The notes below the pieces were generated by a model, which was given only the letters and a program-made list of their open reading frames with translations, was not told the DNA's origin and did not search any database. A DNA stretch of 64,000 nucleotides from an uncultured virus (IMG/VR IMGVR_UViG_3300031278_000001) (lineage: Duplodnaviria; Heunggongvirae; Uroviricota; Caudoviricetes), in the IMG/VR virus record IMGVR_UViG_3300031278_000001; one strand, written 5' to 3'. Below are positions 38,924-50,147 of the stretch, in pieces (position 1 is the stretch's first letter; every line of letters starts with the position of its first letter). A program made the position numbers and the translations under genes.

Positions 38924-39688
38924 TTACACAGTTAATTCTACTTCTTCTTCTTCCTCAAGACGAGAAATAATTTTTTTAACATCATATCCAGCAACTTCCA
39001 AGAAGTCCTGCAAATCCTCTTCATCAAGATAAAATTTATCTCCCCACTTTAAATAGTATCCAAATCCCTCACTACCCACAACTATTTTCTCATCAAACTT
39101 TTCATTGAAAAATTCGGAAGGCCGGCACTCATCTCCATTAACATAAAAAGATGAATCATAAGGATTGCCTTTACTTGCCCTTATTTTCCGATCACCTTTT
39201 AGAAAATAATAATCTCCATCGTCATCATACCTGACAATACTATCAAGTATATATTTTTCCATATCGTCCTGCTTTGCCCCCGTCTTCTCAGACAATGGGA
39301 TTACAAACGTAGTCAAATCAGTTATATCCGGAACAGTCATGTTCAACTGATCAAGATCTTTGGGTTCTCGGTCCTGATGTGCCGGACTATCTTCATTCCA
39401 TAAAGGTATTTTATCCTCATCACCTTTACCAATAAAATTCACATCAAACATGTTTATAACCGGATCGCCAACAACCCAATCGGATAACACTACTTCAACA
39501 GATCCGTCTTCCCACTCAACCCCTAGTATCATTTTTCTGGTATGGACATCTGTCCAAACCATCAAGATCTCTCCCTCGATACTGGCTCCTCTGCGTTTGT
39601 CATAGACTTTTCCACCAACTTCAAATATTTCTATCGGTCGTGGAGAATAATCCTGCACAGGTGTATCATAATTCAATTTTCCGCTCAT
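38924..39688 (-). CDS. Acidic modular protein with SH3-like N-terminal domain
   Basis: FEVGGKV..GEI..GVEWEDG; EKTG linker. Confidence 0.55.
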   Translation of the reverse strand: MSGKLNYDTPVQDYSPRPIEIFEVGGKVYDKRRGASIEGEILMVWTDVHTRKMILGVEWEDGSVEVVLSDWVVGDPVINMFDVNFIGKGDEDKIPLWNEDSPAHQDREPKDLDQLNMTVPDITDLTTFVIPLSEKTGAKQDDMEKYILDSIVRYDDDGDYYFLKGDRKIRASKGNPYDSSFYVNGDECRPSEFFNEKFDEKIVVGSEGFGYYLKWGDKFYLDEEDLQDFLEVAGYDVKKIISRLEEEEEVELTV

Positions 39689-39702
39689 GATATTACTCCT
39701 TA

Positions 39703-40770
39703 TTACGTTAATAAATTCCTATATGTTTCTTCCCATGAAACTATTTTCTCATCAAGATTATACTCACTTCTAATCTTTGATTCCATACTCTCCTGCATAA
39801 ATTTTCTTTTATCTGCATCTTCAATCATTTCCACCATTGCCTCTATCCATTTAGTATTTTTATTCTCCACCAATAATCCGTTTGTCCCACTACTAACCAT
39901 TTCATGGAATGTCACAATATCACTGGCTATTGAAACCATACCGGATACCGCACTCTCAGCGACTTTAATATCTGACTTCCCATGATTGAACTGAATATCT
40001 AAAAGAGGACACAATGCTATATCCCCATTTATCATCCACAGCGTTTTATAAAACCAATCATAAAGCACTTCGCCTAAAAAATAAGTTTGATCCATCGGCA
40101 GACTTGCCAAAAATTCTCCCGGTGGTGATCCTAATAATACTATCTCCGCATTCTTATACTTACCCAAAATATAAACTAGGGGCTCTAATATAATCTGTAG
40201 GTCCCCCTGATGATGTCTGGATCCGTGCCACACAAACCTAACCTTATCCCCTTTCTCCCACCGGTTCTTACCCTGCTTTTGATAGTAATCTATCATAGAC
40301 ATATGCTGACAATTTGGGAGTATAACCACATTCTCATTATAAGGTTGTGCATTAGGATGATGTCTGCCAAGAATCCAATCTTTTAATATCTCATTGGTGG
40401 TGGTTACCAAATCACAATGTCTCATCAACTCTCGGATCCTCATAAGTCGGTCAGATGATTTGTGCAACCACTTATAAGCAGGATTCCATTCCGGAACCTT
40501 ATCCACATAATCATCTATCTCGTATACAACCTTTCCACCCTGCTGATGAACCAAGTTAACCAGATCCATAGCCCAAGGATCTCCCAATCTCTGTAATACA
40601 AGAATATCACACCATTCAACATCTCTATGATCTATCTGACTCTTAAAGAATCTGACTTCCATCCCATTATCCCTCTGATCTATTAAATTGCCCGGGTTGA
40701 TTATCCGGTATCTACCTACTGCACCATCATTGGCATACAAGAAACCTATATGTATATTCCTATCTTTCAA
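39703..40770 (-). CDS. GT-B (GT4-like) glycosyltransferase
   Basis: YEIDD, DIALCPL...FN.GKSDIK..E, IASD. Confidence 0.85.
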   Translation of the reverse strand: MKDRNIHIGFLYANDGAVGRYRIINPGNLIDQRDNGMEVRFFKSQIDHRDVEWCDILVLQRLGDPWAMDLVNLVHQQGGKVVYEIDDYVDKVPEWNPAYKWLHKSSDRLMRIRELMRHCDLVTTTNEILKDWILGRHHPNAQPYNENVVILPNCQHMSMIDYYQKQGKNRWEKGDKVRFVWHGSRHHQGDLQIILEPLVYILGKYKNAEIVLLGSPPGEFLASLPMDQTYFLGEVLYDWFYKTLWMINGDIALCPLLDIQFNHGKSDIKVAESAVSGMVSIASDIVTFHEMVSSGTNGLLVENKNTKWIEAMVEMIEDADKRKFMQESMESKIRSEYNLDEKIVSWEETYRNLLT

Positions 40771-41546
40771 ATTACCTCCAAAAATCTAAATCCTCTTTTA
40801 TTTTTTCTCCTATCCATTCACTTACTTTTTTCTTAAATTCTTCCTCGTTCTTCGATTTGATCTGTTTAAAACATTCTAAAATTATCCTTATCAGCTCTAG
40901 TTCAATCTCATCCAGTTCAACTTCAATTATCATCCTTTTCATTTGAACAAAATTCCTTTCTCAATAACACACCGTCAAAATCCATCTTCCACACACTTTC
41001 TATATCACCAGTCTTATACTTACTATTTTCAATAGACTCTAAAACCTCTTTAAGATTTTCTCCCTCTACAAGTACACTTATCGTATCTTTACTAGGAACT
41101 CCTTCAAAACTCCAATACATTTCTACCTCATAATACCTCATTTTATACCCTCCCTTTAATCGGCAAAAGCTTCATCCAACTGTTTCTGTAAATTATTAAC
41201 TTCCATCAATTCCATAAAATTCTTTTGTGTAGATATTTTAGGAATATGTTTTACTTTATTATAATCTTTACTCTTGATACGTTTAAGCTCTTTCTTCATT
41301 GAGGCAACCACTTTCTTTGACATCGGACTGAGACCTTCCATCTTACTATCCTGCTTACTAGCCTCACGTTTCATATCTAAATAGCCGAGATAGGCAACCA
41401 CCTCTTTAGTATCACGATCTTTTTTCATTAGTTCATCATACTGTTCTTGCTTCAATATTTTACTGTCTAACATTCCTTTTAAAACCTTATTTAAATCTAA
41501 GTCTATTATTTTGCCCAGTTCATCGTCTATATTCATCTACCCTCCT

Positions 41547-42185
41547 TTAGAATAACTCCCTATAAAAATCAGTAAAACCATTAATGTACTTTTTATCTAT
41601 GTATTGTTTTTCATCTATCAAACCTCTGAAAAAACCCCTATTTCTTAAATGTTGATGTACGTCTTCTCTCAACACCCGTAAGTTTACAAACCCAGGACAT
41701 ATCTTTCTCAACTTAAACTTTTTATTCTGAAGAAACCATCCAGTTCCTTTTAACTCCCTATGACCTCTAATAAATCCCGGATTAATATTAAATTGAATAC
41801 AAAGATCTGCCAACCTTCCTACCAACCTTTTATATTGATCTACCGTAAGTTCTTCATAATCCATTTGATTGATTGAAATCCCATAACTATTCTTATTCCA
41901 ATTCCCAGCATGATATGTAATATCCTGAGAGTAAGATATTTCAAAAAACTCCACTTTTCCTTCAACTACTTCCATGATCTCATGATATGCAGGTGCCGGT
42001 AGTGGTTTACCCGGAGTGATGTGATTATCCTTGGAAGCAAAATATTTCAACAATCTATACACATCAGCCTTAATCGGTTCATCGTCCATCACCGTATGAT
42101 GAACCACAATATAATGTATATCCTTAAGATCTCTTTTCTTAATCTTTTCCTCTATTCTTGGGTACTCATCTATTATATTCGACAT
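41547..42185 (-). CDS. N-acetylmuramoyl-L-alanine amidase (Amidase_2 endolysin)
   Basis: YIVVHHT, AYH, YHAGNWN, GHREL, KICPG. Confidence 0.85.
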   Translation of the reverse strand: MSNIIDEYPRIEEKIKKRDLKDIHYIVVHHTVMDDEPIKADVYRLLKYFASKDNHITPGKPLPAPAYHEIMEVVEGKVEFFEISYSQDITYHAGNWNKNSYGISINQMDYEELTVDQYKRLVGRLADLCIQFNINPGFIRGHRELKGTGWFLQNKKFKLRKICPGFVNLRVLREDVHQHLRNRGFFRGLIDEKQYIDKKYINGFTDFYRELF

Positions 42186-42428
42186 CTTTAATTTTCCTTC
42201 ATATCGGGATACCAATCAGTAGCAGTTTCTCCATACACAGTTAAAGTATAATGACCAGTTCTTGTCCAACTATAACCACAGTCCTCACAAATATAATTCT
42301 CAACAATTGTATTTGGATGTAAAATAATATCTGTTTTTTGATTCCAACCCACATTTATACTATGACATAATGGACATTTAGGCATTGTCTGCAAATAGTT
42401 ATTCATATTTAACATAACCTACTTTCCT

Positions 42429-44282
42429 CTATCTCTCCTCAATACCAAATTCAGTCCCATCCGTTGTCCTGATAATTAATGAGTCAGGTGTGGTTCCAGT
42501 ATAGTATAGGGAATCTATTGTTATGGTAGTACTGATCCCGGGTAAACAAATTTGTCCATATATTTTTGTTTCTTTAAGATTCGTAGCACCTATCATAACC
42601 TGAGAAGTATCATCAGGTTCAGCATTATATCCAAGTGCAGTGGAGCGATTATATTTATAATTTGGCGATAAAGTATGGGTGCCACTTCCGAGAGTAGTAA
42701 AATTATCGGTATACAAAACCAATGAGTCAGCATGGATAATTTTCCATAAATACACCATTGAAGTATCAAAATTAGCAGGTGGAGTACCTGTTGTAGAAAA
42801 TTTAAGGTTCGCAAAATTTCCTACACTACCAAAGTCATGAGCTATAACATATGCTTTATCCTTAGGAGATACATTAATTAAAGCATCTATATTTTTAGCA
42901 TTTCCAGCATCTAAATTAAAATCATTAAAAGATTCATTTCCAATTGCAGTCACATCTTCTGCGGTATTATATGCAAGAGATTTAAACCCTATTGCAGTTG
43001 CACCATCAACTGTGTTTTGCAAAAGAGCAGAATCTCCTAACGCAATTGCTTTATTCCCCGAATTGTACCAAAGACTGTAATTCCCGAAAGCACTTACATT
43101 ATCACCAGTATTATATTGAAGACTATAATCACCGATACTAGAAGCATAATCTCCTGTATTGGTCTGAAGAGCATAGCTTCCGATACTAGTTACATGAGTA
43201 CCGGTATTAGTCTCAAGGGCATAGCTTCCGATACCAGTTACATAACTATTTGCATTATTAAAAAGAGCATAATATCCAAACGCATTGACATATGCTCCTG
43301 TGTTTTTCCATCCAGCATAACTTCCAAAAGCATTTGCTTTCGCTCCTTCATTATCATTTAACGCATAATATCCAAAAGCATTGACATCACTAGCTATATT
43401 GTCATGAGCAGCACTTCCGCCAAAAGCATTAACATAATTCCCACTATTAGAATATCCAGCTTGATAACCAAATCCATTAACATCATTTCCACTAATTTGA
43501 CGAAGCGCTTGATAACCAAATCCATTGTTATTATTACCAGTACTATTCCAGACTGCAAAAAATCCAAAAGCATTAGAATTATTAGAAGTGGAACTATATA
43601 AAGCTTCACAACCAAAAGCACTACATCCCGTTCCCGTATGACTGTCTAATGCCAAAAAACCAACACCACTACAATAATCGCCAGTATGCGCTCTCGCCGC
43701 CTTATATCCAACACCAGTTAAACGTATTCCAGAAGCATCCTTTCCCGCTTGGTATCCGAAGAAAGCACCATACTTTAGATTCTCTCCTGCATTTGTACCC
43801 ATCATCATTGCATAATTGGTATCAATAACTCTCAAAAAAGTATCTCCACCAACCATCATTATATGTCCATCTGCCTCAATATTAATAGGATCCAGAAAAG
43901 AAAATGCTGTCGAATCTTTAGTATCAGCAATATCAAATTCAATTTTCTTCCACGAACTATCAGAAGAACCCCCTCCAACACTATCATTCTTAGGCTCCCA
44001 TGTAGATGTTGCAGTACTCCATTTTGGAACCTGTCCATCTGTTGCACCGATAGAAACATCTGATATATCTGTAAGAATAGTATTGGTATCTAAATAAGCG
44101 CCAAGAGTATCCCAACTAATACTATCTCCGGATCCAACTGGTGCTTTCAATACATAAGGTAATTCCTGATAATGATAATACAAATATAGAGAATCACTTA
44201 CTACATTCATACTATCTATCTTAACCTCTCCCTTAGAGAACCCCAATAAAGACAGTGTTAAAAAAAACAATAATCTTTTCAT
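42429..44282 (-). CDS. Fibre/adhesin-like protein with 14-aa (N)AFGY.A repeats and a signal-peptide-like N-terminus
   Basis: Periodic repeats; DGQVPKW fibre motif; MKRLLFFLTLSLLGFS. Confidence 0.75.
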   Translation of the reverse strand: MKRLLFFLTLSLLGFSKGEVKIDSMNVVSDSLYLYYHYQELPYVLKAPVGSGDSISWDTLGAYLDTNTILTDISDVSIGATDGQVPKWSTATSTWEPKNDSVGGGSSDSSWKKIEFDIADTKDSTAFSFLDPINIEADGHIMMVGGDTFLRVIDTNYAMMMGTNAGENLKYGAFFGYQAGKDASGIRLTGVGYKAARAHTGDYCSGVGFLALDSHTGTGCSAFGCEALYSSTSNNSNAFGFFAVWNSTGNNNNGFGYQALRQISGNDVNGFGYQAGYSNSGNYVNAFGGSAAHDNIASDVNAFGYYALNDNEGAKANAFGSYAGWKNTGAYVNAFGYYALFNNANSYVTGIGSYALETNTGTHVTSIGSYALQTNTGDYASSIGDYSLQYNTGDNVSAFGNYSLWYNSGNKAIALGDSALLQNTVDGATAIGFKSLAYNTAEDVTAIGNESFNDFNLDAGNAKNIDALINVSPKDKAYVIAHDFGSVGNFANLKFSTTGTPPANFDTSMVYLWKIIHADSLVLYTDNFTTLGSGTHTLSPNYKYNRSTALGYNAEPDDTSQVMIGATNLKETKIYGQICLPGISTTITIDSLYYTGTTPDSLIIRTTDGTEFGIEER

Positions 44283-44292
44283 TTACACTCCT

Positions 44293-44742
44293 TTACATTC
44301 CTTCAAGTATATCATCTACTACTACAAAGAACAGTCTACAACCTGTTCTATTTTTAACCTTCTTAGAAATAATATAAAACTTTATTTTAACATCTGCCGC
44401 TAAATCCAGGGCGGTAAACAACTGAGGTTGTACACTTACATTGGCAATATTAGCAAGAAATATAAGATCCGGCCAATAGTTCTGAGTGAATTGTACTTCA
44501 TCACAAACAGTCATATAATAAACATCTACATCATCAAACGCACCACCAAGCTTTAAACTATAATAATCAAAATCACATATCGTGACCGCCGATGTTTCCA
44601 GTGTATCACCGTTCCCAGCATTCCAAGTCAAACTATCTACATAGTAATATCTAAAATTATTTCCCTTTACTTCTGTGAGTGTCACATCCTGTGTGGTTCC
44701 CCACAATATAAAAGGCATTAACAATAACAATAAAAATTTCAT
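44293..44742 (-). CDS. Beta-rich protein with signal-peptide-like N-terminus
   Basis: MKFLLLLLMPFILWG after a GGAGG RBS. Confidence 0.6.
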   Translation of the reverse strand: MKFLLLLLMPFILWGTTQDVTLTEVKGNNFRYYYVDSLTWNAGNGDTLETSAVTICDFDYYSLKLGGAFDDVDVYYMTVCDEVQFTQNYWPDLIFLANIANVSVQPQLFTALDLAADVKIKFYIISKKVKNRTGCRLFFVVVDDILEGM

Positions 44743-45206
44743 GAATCCTCCTCTCAACTTCTAATAATTTTTAGTACAATAACTGCACCAATCAAGATTA
44801 TAACATAACTAACACAAAAAATATTTAACGCTAACTCTATCATATTAACCACTTTGATGTTTATCATATATTAAAAGGCAAATAGATAAAACTAATAATA
44901 TCTTTCCCACCAATATACTATTAGAAAGAATAGATTCACAGCCTAGATGACTACCAGTTGGTGTCATATAACCTGCTACCCCACTAAATATTGCCAGTAC
45001 AAAACAACATATACTAACAAACAACATAAAAAATCCAACTAATTTTATCATCTATATCTCCATTTGAACTAAATTCTCCTCATATAACCCGAATTGCTCT
45101 ATCTCTATATCCACCGGCAGCCAACAAAAAGGACAATACGGATCTTCTTCAAGATGTTCTTCCACTAAAAATAATGTATTCTGACAATGAGGACAAACAT
45201 AGTTAA

Positions 45207-45527
45207 TCATCTTATTAACTTCTCGATAAGCATATCAACTTTATTATCGGTTTCTTCTACTGTCCCTTTAATACTTTCTACATCCTTTTGCATTCCGATC
45301 ATTTCTTTTTCACTCTCTTCTCTGCAATCATCTAAATGTTCCACCTTCTGGTTCGTTAATTTAATCTCCTCTTTGTTAACCGATATGCCATTATAGGCCA
45401 ACACTATTCGATTAAATATTCCAAATCCAATGCTGAAAATCGTCAGCCAGATTAAAATCTTTTTCGCCATCCCATTCACATTAACTTTCTTGAATAATGT
45501 TTTCTTTATATCCATATATTCCCCCAA
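45207..45527 (-). CDS. TM plus coiled-coil protein (lysis-associated candidate)
   Basis: Single TM followed by heptads. Confidence 0.45.
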   Translation of the reverse strand: MGEYMDIKKTLFKKVNVNGMAKKILIWLTIFSIGFGIFNRIVLAYNGISVNKEEIKLTNQKVEHLDDCREESEKEMIGMQKDVESIKGTVEETDNKVDMLIEKLIR

Positions 45528-45839
45528 TTCTTTCTACTTATTTACCAGAACAAATGAGCCAACAACATTAATACAAACGCTTGAACTTTGTTAATACAAC
45601 TGGTACCAAATACTGATCCTAAATAAAACCAGATCGCAATCCACAACAAGGGGAATGCATGATACGAATCTCTCAAATGAAAGGTAACAGGTTTCTTAAT
45701 CCTATGAATACATAACCAATAATATACTCTGACTAATAAAATAGCATCCGGGTTAATACCCACCACATCTTGTCCGGACTTGACCCATGGTTTGTATTCA
45801 CTTATAATCTGTAATCGTAGTCTAACCCATGTCTTAAAT

Positions 45840-46499
45840 TTATTCACGACCTTCCTCCTTTTTTAATTCATTCTCAATCCTATTTGCCACTTCCTTTAAC
45901 TCCCCTTCTCCAGAAATAGGTAGGAGAGCACCCGTGCTCTCATAATATTCTTTTAATGATCCAACTTCTTTTTCAAAAATATCTATCCTCTTTTTTATGA
46001 CATCAATCTGATCATCTTCTCTCTGAATCAACTTCTCACCACATACATCACATACACCTTCTCTTTCCGGAGGACTATTGATTAGATTATAAATAGCTTT
46101 ACAATGAGGACATACTCTTCTGTTCGTTAAACGATTTACAAGAACCTCCGGGTCAGCATATAAATAAACAGCATAATCTAATTTCTCCCCTCTATCTCTT
46201 AAAAAATCATCTAACAACTCAGCTTGATTCTTGTTCCGGGGATACCCATCTAATACCCAACCCCTCTCATTTACTTCTCTTGAAAGTATTTCTCTGACAA
46301 TTTCAAAAACTATTTCATCGGGAACAAGATCTCCCACATTAACATACTCTTCAAGTTCTTCACTTAAAGAAGATTTCTCTTTTAAAATATCTCTAAAAAT
46401 ATCTCCCGTAGAATAATAAGACACCCCCATTTCATCAGCAATGATAGTAGCATGTGTACCCTTACCAACACCGGGGGGACCGAGAAAAACTAATCTCAT
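45840..46499 (-). CDS. adk: Adenylate kinase (Zn-lid type)
   Basis: GPPGVGKGT, STGDIFR, GDLVPD, LDGYPR, CPHC..CDVC, QREDD. Confidence 0.95.
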   Translation of the reverse strand: MRLVFLGPPGVGKGTHATIIADEMGVSYYSTGDIFRDILKEKSSLSEELEEYVNVGDLVPDEIVFEIVREILSREVNERGWVLDGYPRNKNQAELLDDFLRDRGEKLDYAVYLYADPEVLVNRLTNRRVCPHCKAIYNLINSPPEREGVCDVCGEKLIQREDDQIDVIKKRIDIFEKEVGSLKEYYESTGALLPISGEGELKEVANRIENELKKEEGRE

Positions 46500-47801
46500 T
46501 TATAACACTCTCCTAAAATTAATACCATCAATTTCTTTCGCTGTTTCAATGTCTTTCTCCACTTGACTTATAGCCTCCTCTTTACTGACATTACCTAAAC
46601 TATTAAAACCGTTGGCAGTGGTATACATATAACCATCCTTTATCTCATATAAATCATAATAATATCTACCACCTCGGGTTTCCCATGAAGCAATTAAATG
46701 AGAAGTTCCGGGTAAAAAATAATCTCTTGGTGTATGTTTCATACCCTTGATTTTATTTTTCTTCCCCTCTTTCCTTTCATTATCACCCTCATAAAAATTC
46801 TTTCCTATTACCCATTGATATTCATCTAATCCTTTTTCATTGTCACCCTTATTCTGAATATATACAACTCCTACCTTAAAAAGCATTTCATCATATAACT
46901 GTGGATATTGCGTAACTTCTTTCACCACATCCTGTTCCACTAACTCCATAAACTTCTCTTCATTTTCCGGAGTGAAGTTATTAAGCCATTCTACTGTCTG
47001 GTCCGCTAAAGATACTCCGCCAACATCACTTTGCTTTTCCATCGTACTTTTTATCTCCCATTTCCAATTGAAAAGACCTTTTTCATTTTGATATGGATCG
47101 GGTTCAACTGCTCCAATTACTTGTCCACCAACTTCATATTCACTATATTCTCTATCTCCCTCCCCTATAGGTTTAACCACACCTTCTCCCTCCATCTGCA
47201 TGAAAAGATTCATCCCATAATAATCCCAGTTGTTCAAACAATATAAAGCCAACTCCGAGGATGACATTTTAGATTGAATCATTTTATCTCCTTTTACCTT
47301 TGAAACAATCCAATCTCCTAAAAAATGCGTAACAATTCCTCTGTCTAATTCATTCATAATCCACCATCTAAACTGGTCAAGAGTTTCATTGGGAGTGCTC
47401 TCAAAAGTAAAATTCTCTTCCCCACTTCTTCTGGCTCTATAATGTTTCACCCCATCAACAATATAAGGTTGTATATCAATATGAACAGCTTTAATATTAC
47501 TTTCTTTCTCCAAAGCCTTCTTACCCTCGGTCTCCATCTTATCCAGTCTATCATAATAGTCGGGGAACTCATTCAAGTGGGCTAATGCAATCTTAGCCAC
47601 TGACAGCGGATCATCACCTGTGACATCCGTGTTAGCGTCTACCGTCCCGTGTTCCAACTCCACATCCATTCCCCTACGGAACTGATCCACATCATAATCA
47701 TCCCAAGTTATTCCCAGCTGCTCACCTATTTCCTTAGCCTCTTCGGATGTGAAACTCTTTTTATTCTCAGCAATTTTCTCAAATTCAACATATGTTTTCA
47801 T
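46500..47801 (-). CDS. CTS-like leader, DUF5661-like domain and further modules
   Basis: MKTYVEFEKIA; QFRRGMDVELEHG..AKIALAHLNEFPDYYDRL. Confidence 0.75.
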   Translation of the reverse strand: MKTYVEFEKIAENKKSFTSEEAKEIGEQLGITWDDYDVDQFRRGMDVELEHGTVDANTDVTGDDPLSVAKIALAHLNEFPDYYDRLDKMETEGKKALEKESNIKAVHIDIQPYIVDGVKHYRARRSGEENFTFESTPNETLDQFRWWIMNELDRGIVTHFLGDWIVSKVKGDKMIQSKMSSSELALYCLNNWDYYGMNLFMQMEGEGVVKPIGEGDREYSEYEVGGQVIGAVEPDPYQNEKGLFNWKWEIKSTMEKQSDVGGVSLADQTVEWLNNFTPENEEKFMELVEQDVVKEVTQYPQLYDEMLFKVGVVYIQNKGDNEKGLDEYQWVIGKNFYEGDNERKEGKKNKIKGMKHTPRDYFLPGTSHLIASWETRGGRYYYDLYEIKDGYMYTTANGFNSLGNVSKEEAISQVEKDIETAKEIDGINFRRVL

Positions 47802-47804
47802 AGT

Positions 47805-48278
47805 TTATCCCTCATCCCCCAAAGGAGTGTGACCTTCTATCCCTTCATCATATTCATCTGGATCTTTTAATTGTTGTCCTGACGCATCATACCAATTTAA
47901 ACCATCATAATAAGCAAAAGAAAGTTCATTGTACTCCCCTGTGTTGCTATATTCTTTAAATTCCATTTTATCCAACTCTTCTCTACTTACATTATTCCCT
48001 TTCTTTACTTTCGCTGTTTTATCTCCCCTCTTTCTTTGTTCCATATATTCTTTAAAACGAGGGTCTGTTATTCTGGTTGTATGTTCTGCATCAATGCCAT
48101 CTAAAAAAGTAGTCTCAACTTTCTCATCGCCTTTTATAGTATCATAAGATACCAATTTCCAACCCATATAATCCTCTAAAAAATGCGTCTCATATCCTGT
48201 TAAATAAGGAAGATGTAAAGTGTCTGTCCAGTGAATAACTTCTTTACCATGTTTCTCAAATTTTGCATATACTTTCAT
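47805..48278 (-). CDS. CTS-like leader protein with two modules
   Basis: MKVYAKFEKHG; DKTA linker. Confidence 0.7.
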   Translation of the reverse strand: MKVYAKFEKHGKEVIHWTDTLHLPYLTGYETHFLEDYMGWKLVSYDTIKGDEKVETTFLDGIDAEHTTRITDPRFKEYMEQRKRGDKTAKVKKGNNVSREELDKMEFKEYSNTGEYNELSFAYYDGLNWYDASGQQLKDPDEYDEGIEGHTPLGDEG

Positions 48279-48291
48279 GTTATTTTCTTCC

Positions 48292-48492
48292 CTATGGAAT
48301 GAAGGCATGGGTGGAAAGTAAAACAATATCATCCACCACCAAATCTTGAGCCTTACAAACTCCTTCTAAACTATTTATCAAAACACCATCCCTTGTTATT
48401 TCTTCTTCACTTTTAGAAGTCAAGACCGATATTCGTATATCATAACCCCTTTCATATTGAGATTTCTTTTTAAATTTACTGTATACTTTCAT
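48292..48492 (-). CDS. Small CTS-like leader protein
   Basis: MKVYSKFKKKS. Confidence 0.7.
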   Translation of the reverse strand: MKVYSKFKKKSQYERGYDIRISVLTSKSEEEITRDGVLINSLEGVCKAQDLVVDDIVLLSTHAFIP

Positions 48493-48503
48493 TGATACCC
48501 CCA

Positions 48504-48707
48504 TCAGTGTACTCGTTTTATTTCTTCAACTAATACTAGATCCCCATTCCACTCAAAATCTTCATATTCCCCTTCTTTATTATAAATATCATTGAAAATA
48601 GATTCTGCTTCTTCTAAAAATGTTGCATCACTTATCACTCCTCCATCATCATACACAATATACCTAATTCCAGCACCTTTCTTTTTAAATTTACTATATA
48701 CTTTCAT
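48504..48707 (-). CDS. Small CTS-like leader protein
   Basis: MKVYSKFKKKG after a GGAGG RBS. Confidence 0.7.
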   Translation of the reverse strand: MKVYSKFKKKGAGIRYIVYDDGGVISDATFLEEAESIFNDIYNKEGEYEDFEWNGDLVLVEEIKRVH

Positions 48708-48788
48708 ATTTCCTCCCATATAAATAGATTAAACCCCATGATCGTAACCATAGGGAGTCCGGGAGATATATTACTCTCGGGGATGAAT

Positions 48789-49136
48789 TTATTTTATCAC
48801 AAACGGTAATTTCATATTCTGTTGGTTCAACAACAGATAGAAAACACAGAGAGTACTCCACACTATAATATCAAATAAACAACCAGTTACTAAACACACT
48901 CCAAGTCCTATACCAATCACATCACATATCAGGTCCTTGACACTAAAACCGTCATTCACCTTAGCATCATAACACTCTTTAATAACACCCGCTATTAATA
49001 GACTTATAACTATCTTAGGGATAGCTATATAATACAAGAGATAAGTTAACGCCATTGCAAAAAAGAAAAAGATAAGGTGCATAAACTTATCACTTATTTT
49101 CATATTCGTATTCCATGTATCATTTGATATTCTCAC
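48789..49136 (-). CDS. VanZ-like membrane protein
   Basis: DKFMH...F, KE..D, FS.KDL..D.IG. Confidence 0.6.
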   Translation of the reverse strand: MRISNDTWNTNMKISDKFMHLIFFFFAMALTYLLYYIAIPKIVISLLIAGVIKECYDAKVNDGFSVKDLICDVIGIGLGVCLVTGCLFDIIVWSTLCVFYLLLNQQNMKLPFVIK

Positions 49137-49144
49137 ACTTCCTC

Positions 49145-49759
49145 CTATTCATCAGTAGATGAAATTTTCAAAGCATCTTCCGGAACCAACAGGGTCAACC
49201 CAGAATCCAATTTCACATAATATACCCAAAAAATAGGTGCAGCTCCCCCTCCAATATTTTCATATTTAATAACTGTTCCGGGTTCATCTTTATCCAAATC
49301 AACATCAAGATATGTATCACCTTCTTCATCCTCTCTATTATATCCACCTTTCTCTACAATAACACTATCCCCTTCAGAGAACAATCCTTTATCACTGCTC
49401 GTTTTCTTGGAAGCGGTTCCAATCATAGAAAGACCAAAATCTTCTAATATTTTATCTCTAACTTTAGTAGTAAATTGAAGCATAACAAGTTCCACCAATT
49501 GATCAGGATCTTTTAATTCATAGTTTTCCGCATATCTATAATGTTTAGTCTCAGACATACCACATTCGTCAACCAAATAATCAAAATCATATAATTTCAA
49601 TAATCCTTTATCATCTAACCCATAAAAATCAATTAATGATTCTTTTAATTCCATAGCCATATCATAATAAGGCAATTCATCATATATCTTCTCCTCTATC
49701 TTCTCCTCAGCTTTCTTTTTAAATGTATCATAATGTTCCAATGTATCATAATGTTTCAT
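49145..49759 (-). CDS. CTS-like leader protein with acidic and SH3-like modules
   Basis: MKHYDTLEHYDTFKKKA; ASKKTS linker. Confidence 0.7.
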   Translation of the reverse strand: MKHYDTLEHYDTFKKKAEEKIEEKIYDELPYYDMAMELKESLIDFYGLDDKGLLKLYDFDYLVDECGMSETKHYRYAENYELKDPDQLVELVMLQFTTKVRDKILEDFGLSMIGTASKKTSSDKGLFSEGDSVIVEKGGYNREDEEGDTYLDVDLDKDEPGTVIKYENIGGGAAPIFWVYYVKLDSGLTLLVPEDALKISSTDE

Positions 49760-49769
49760 CACTTCTCCT

Positions 49770-50147
49770 TTAAATATCAAACCATTCTTGTTCTAAATTT
49801 TCATCATCATTCCATCCTGCCATATCAGTTAATTCACCTAATGTATATCTACTGGTCAATGGCTTAATATAATTCTCCCAAGCTTCTTTAGAAGGTCTCA
49901 CCCATACAGTCACATTCTCCGACTTCATGTCAGTAACTAATAAACCTTCTTCTAATAGATGAGATATATCCTCCCACTCAAACAATCCCCACAATCTAAT
50001 CTCATCCCAGTTCTCTGACCTATGAAATTGAAGTTTTCTTCTGGCCATCTCATCCCAAATTTCATCATCAGTGAAATCTTGTCCTTCTTTTTTAATTGCA
50101 CTATATCTCATAACAGCTTTCTTTTTAAATGTATCATAATGCTTCAT
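49770..50147 (-). CDS. CTS-like leader protein
   Basis: MKHYDTFKKKA..IKKEG. Confidence 0.7.
   Translation of the reverse strand: MKHYDTFKKKAVMRYSAIKKEGQDFTDDEIWDEMARRKLQFHRSENWDEIRLWGLFEWEDISHLLEEGLLVTDMKSENVTVWVRPSKEAWENYIKPLTSRYTLGELTDMAGWNDDENLEQEWFDI

Noticed and set aside
42593..44059. Diversity-generating retroelement target, or overlapping genes in the fibre gene
   Set aside because: No reverse transcriptase or template repeat in the window; alternative-frame ORFs arise from repeat periodicity
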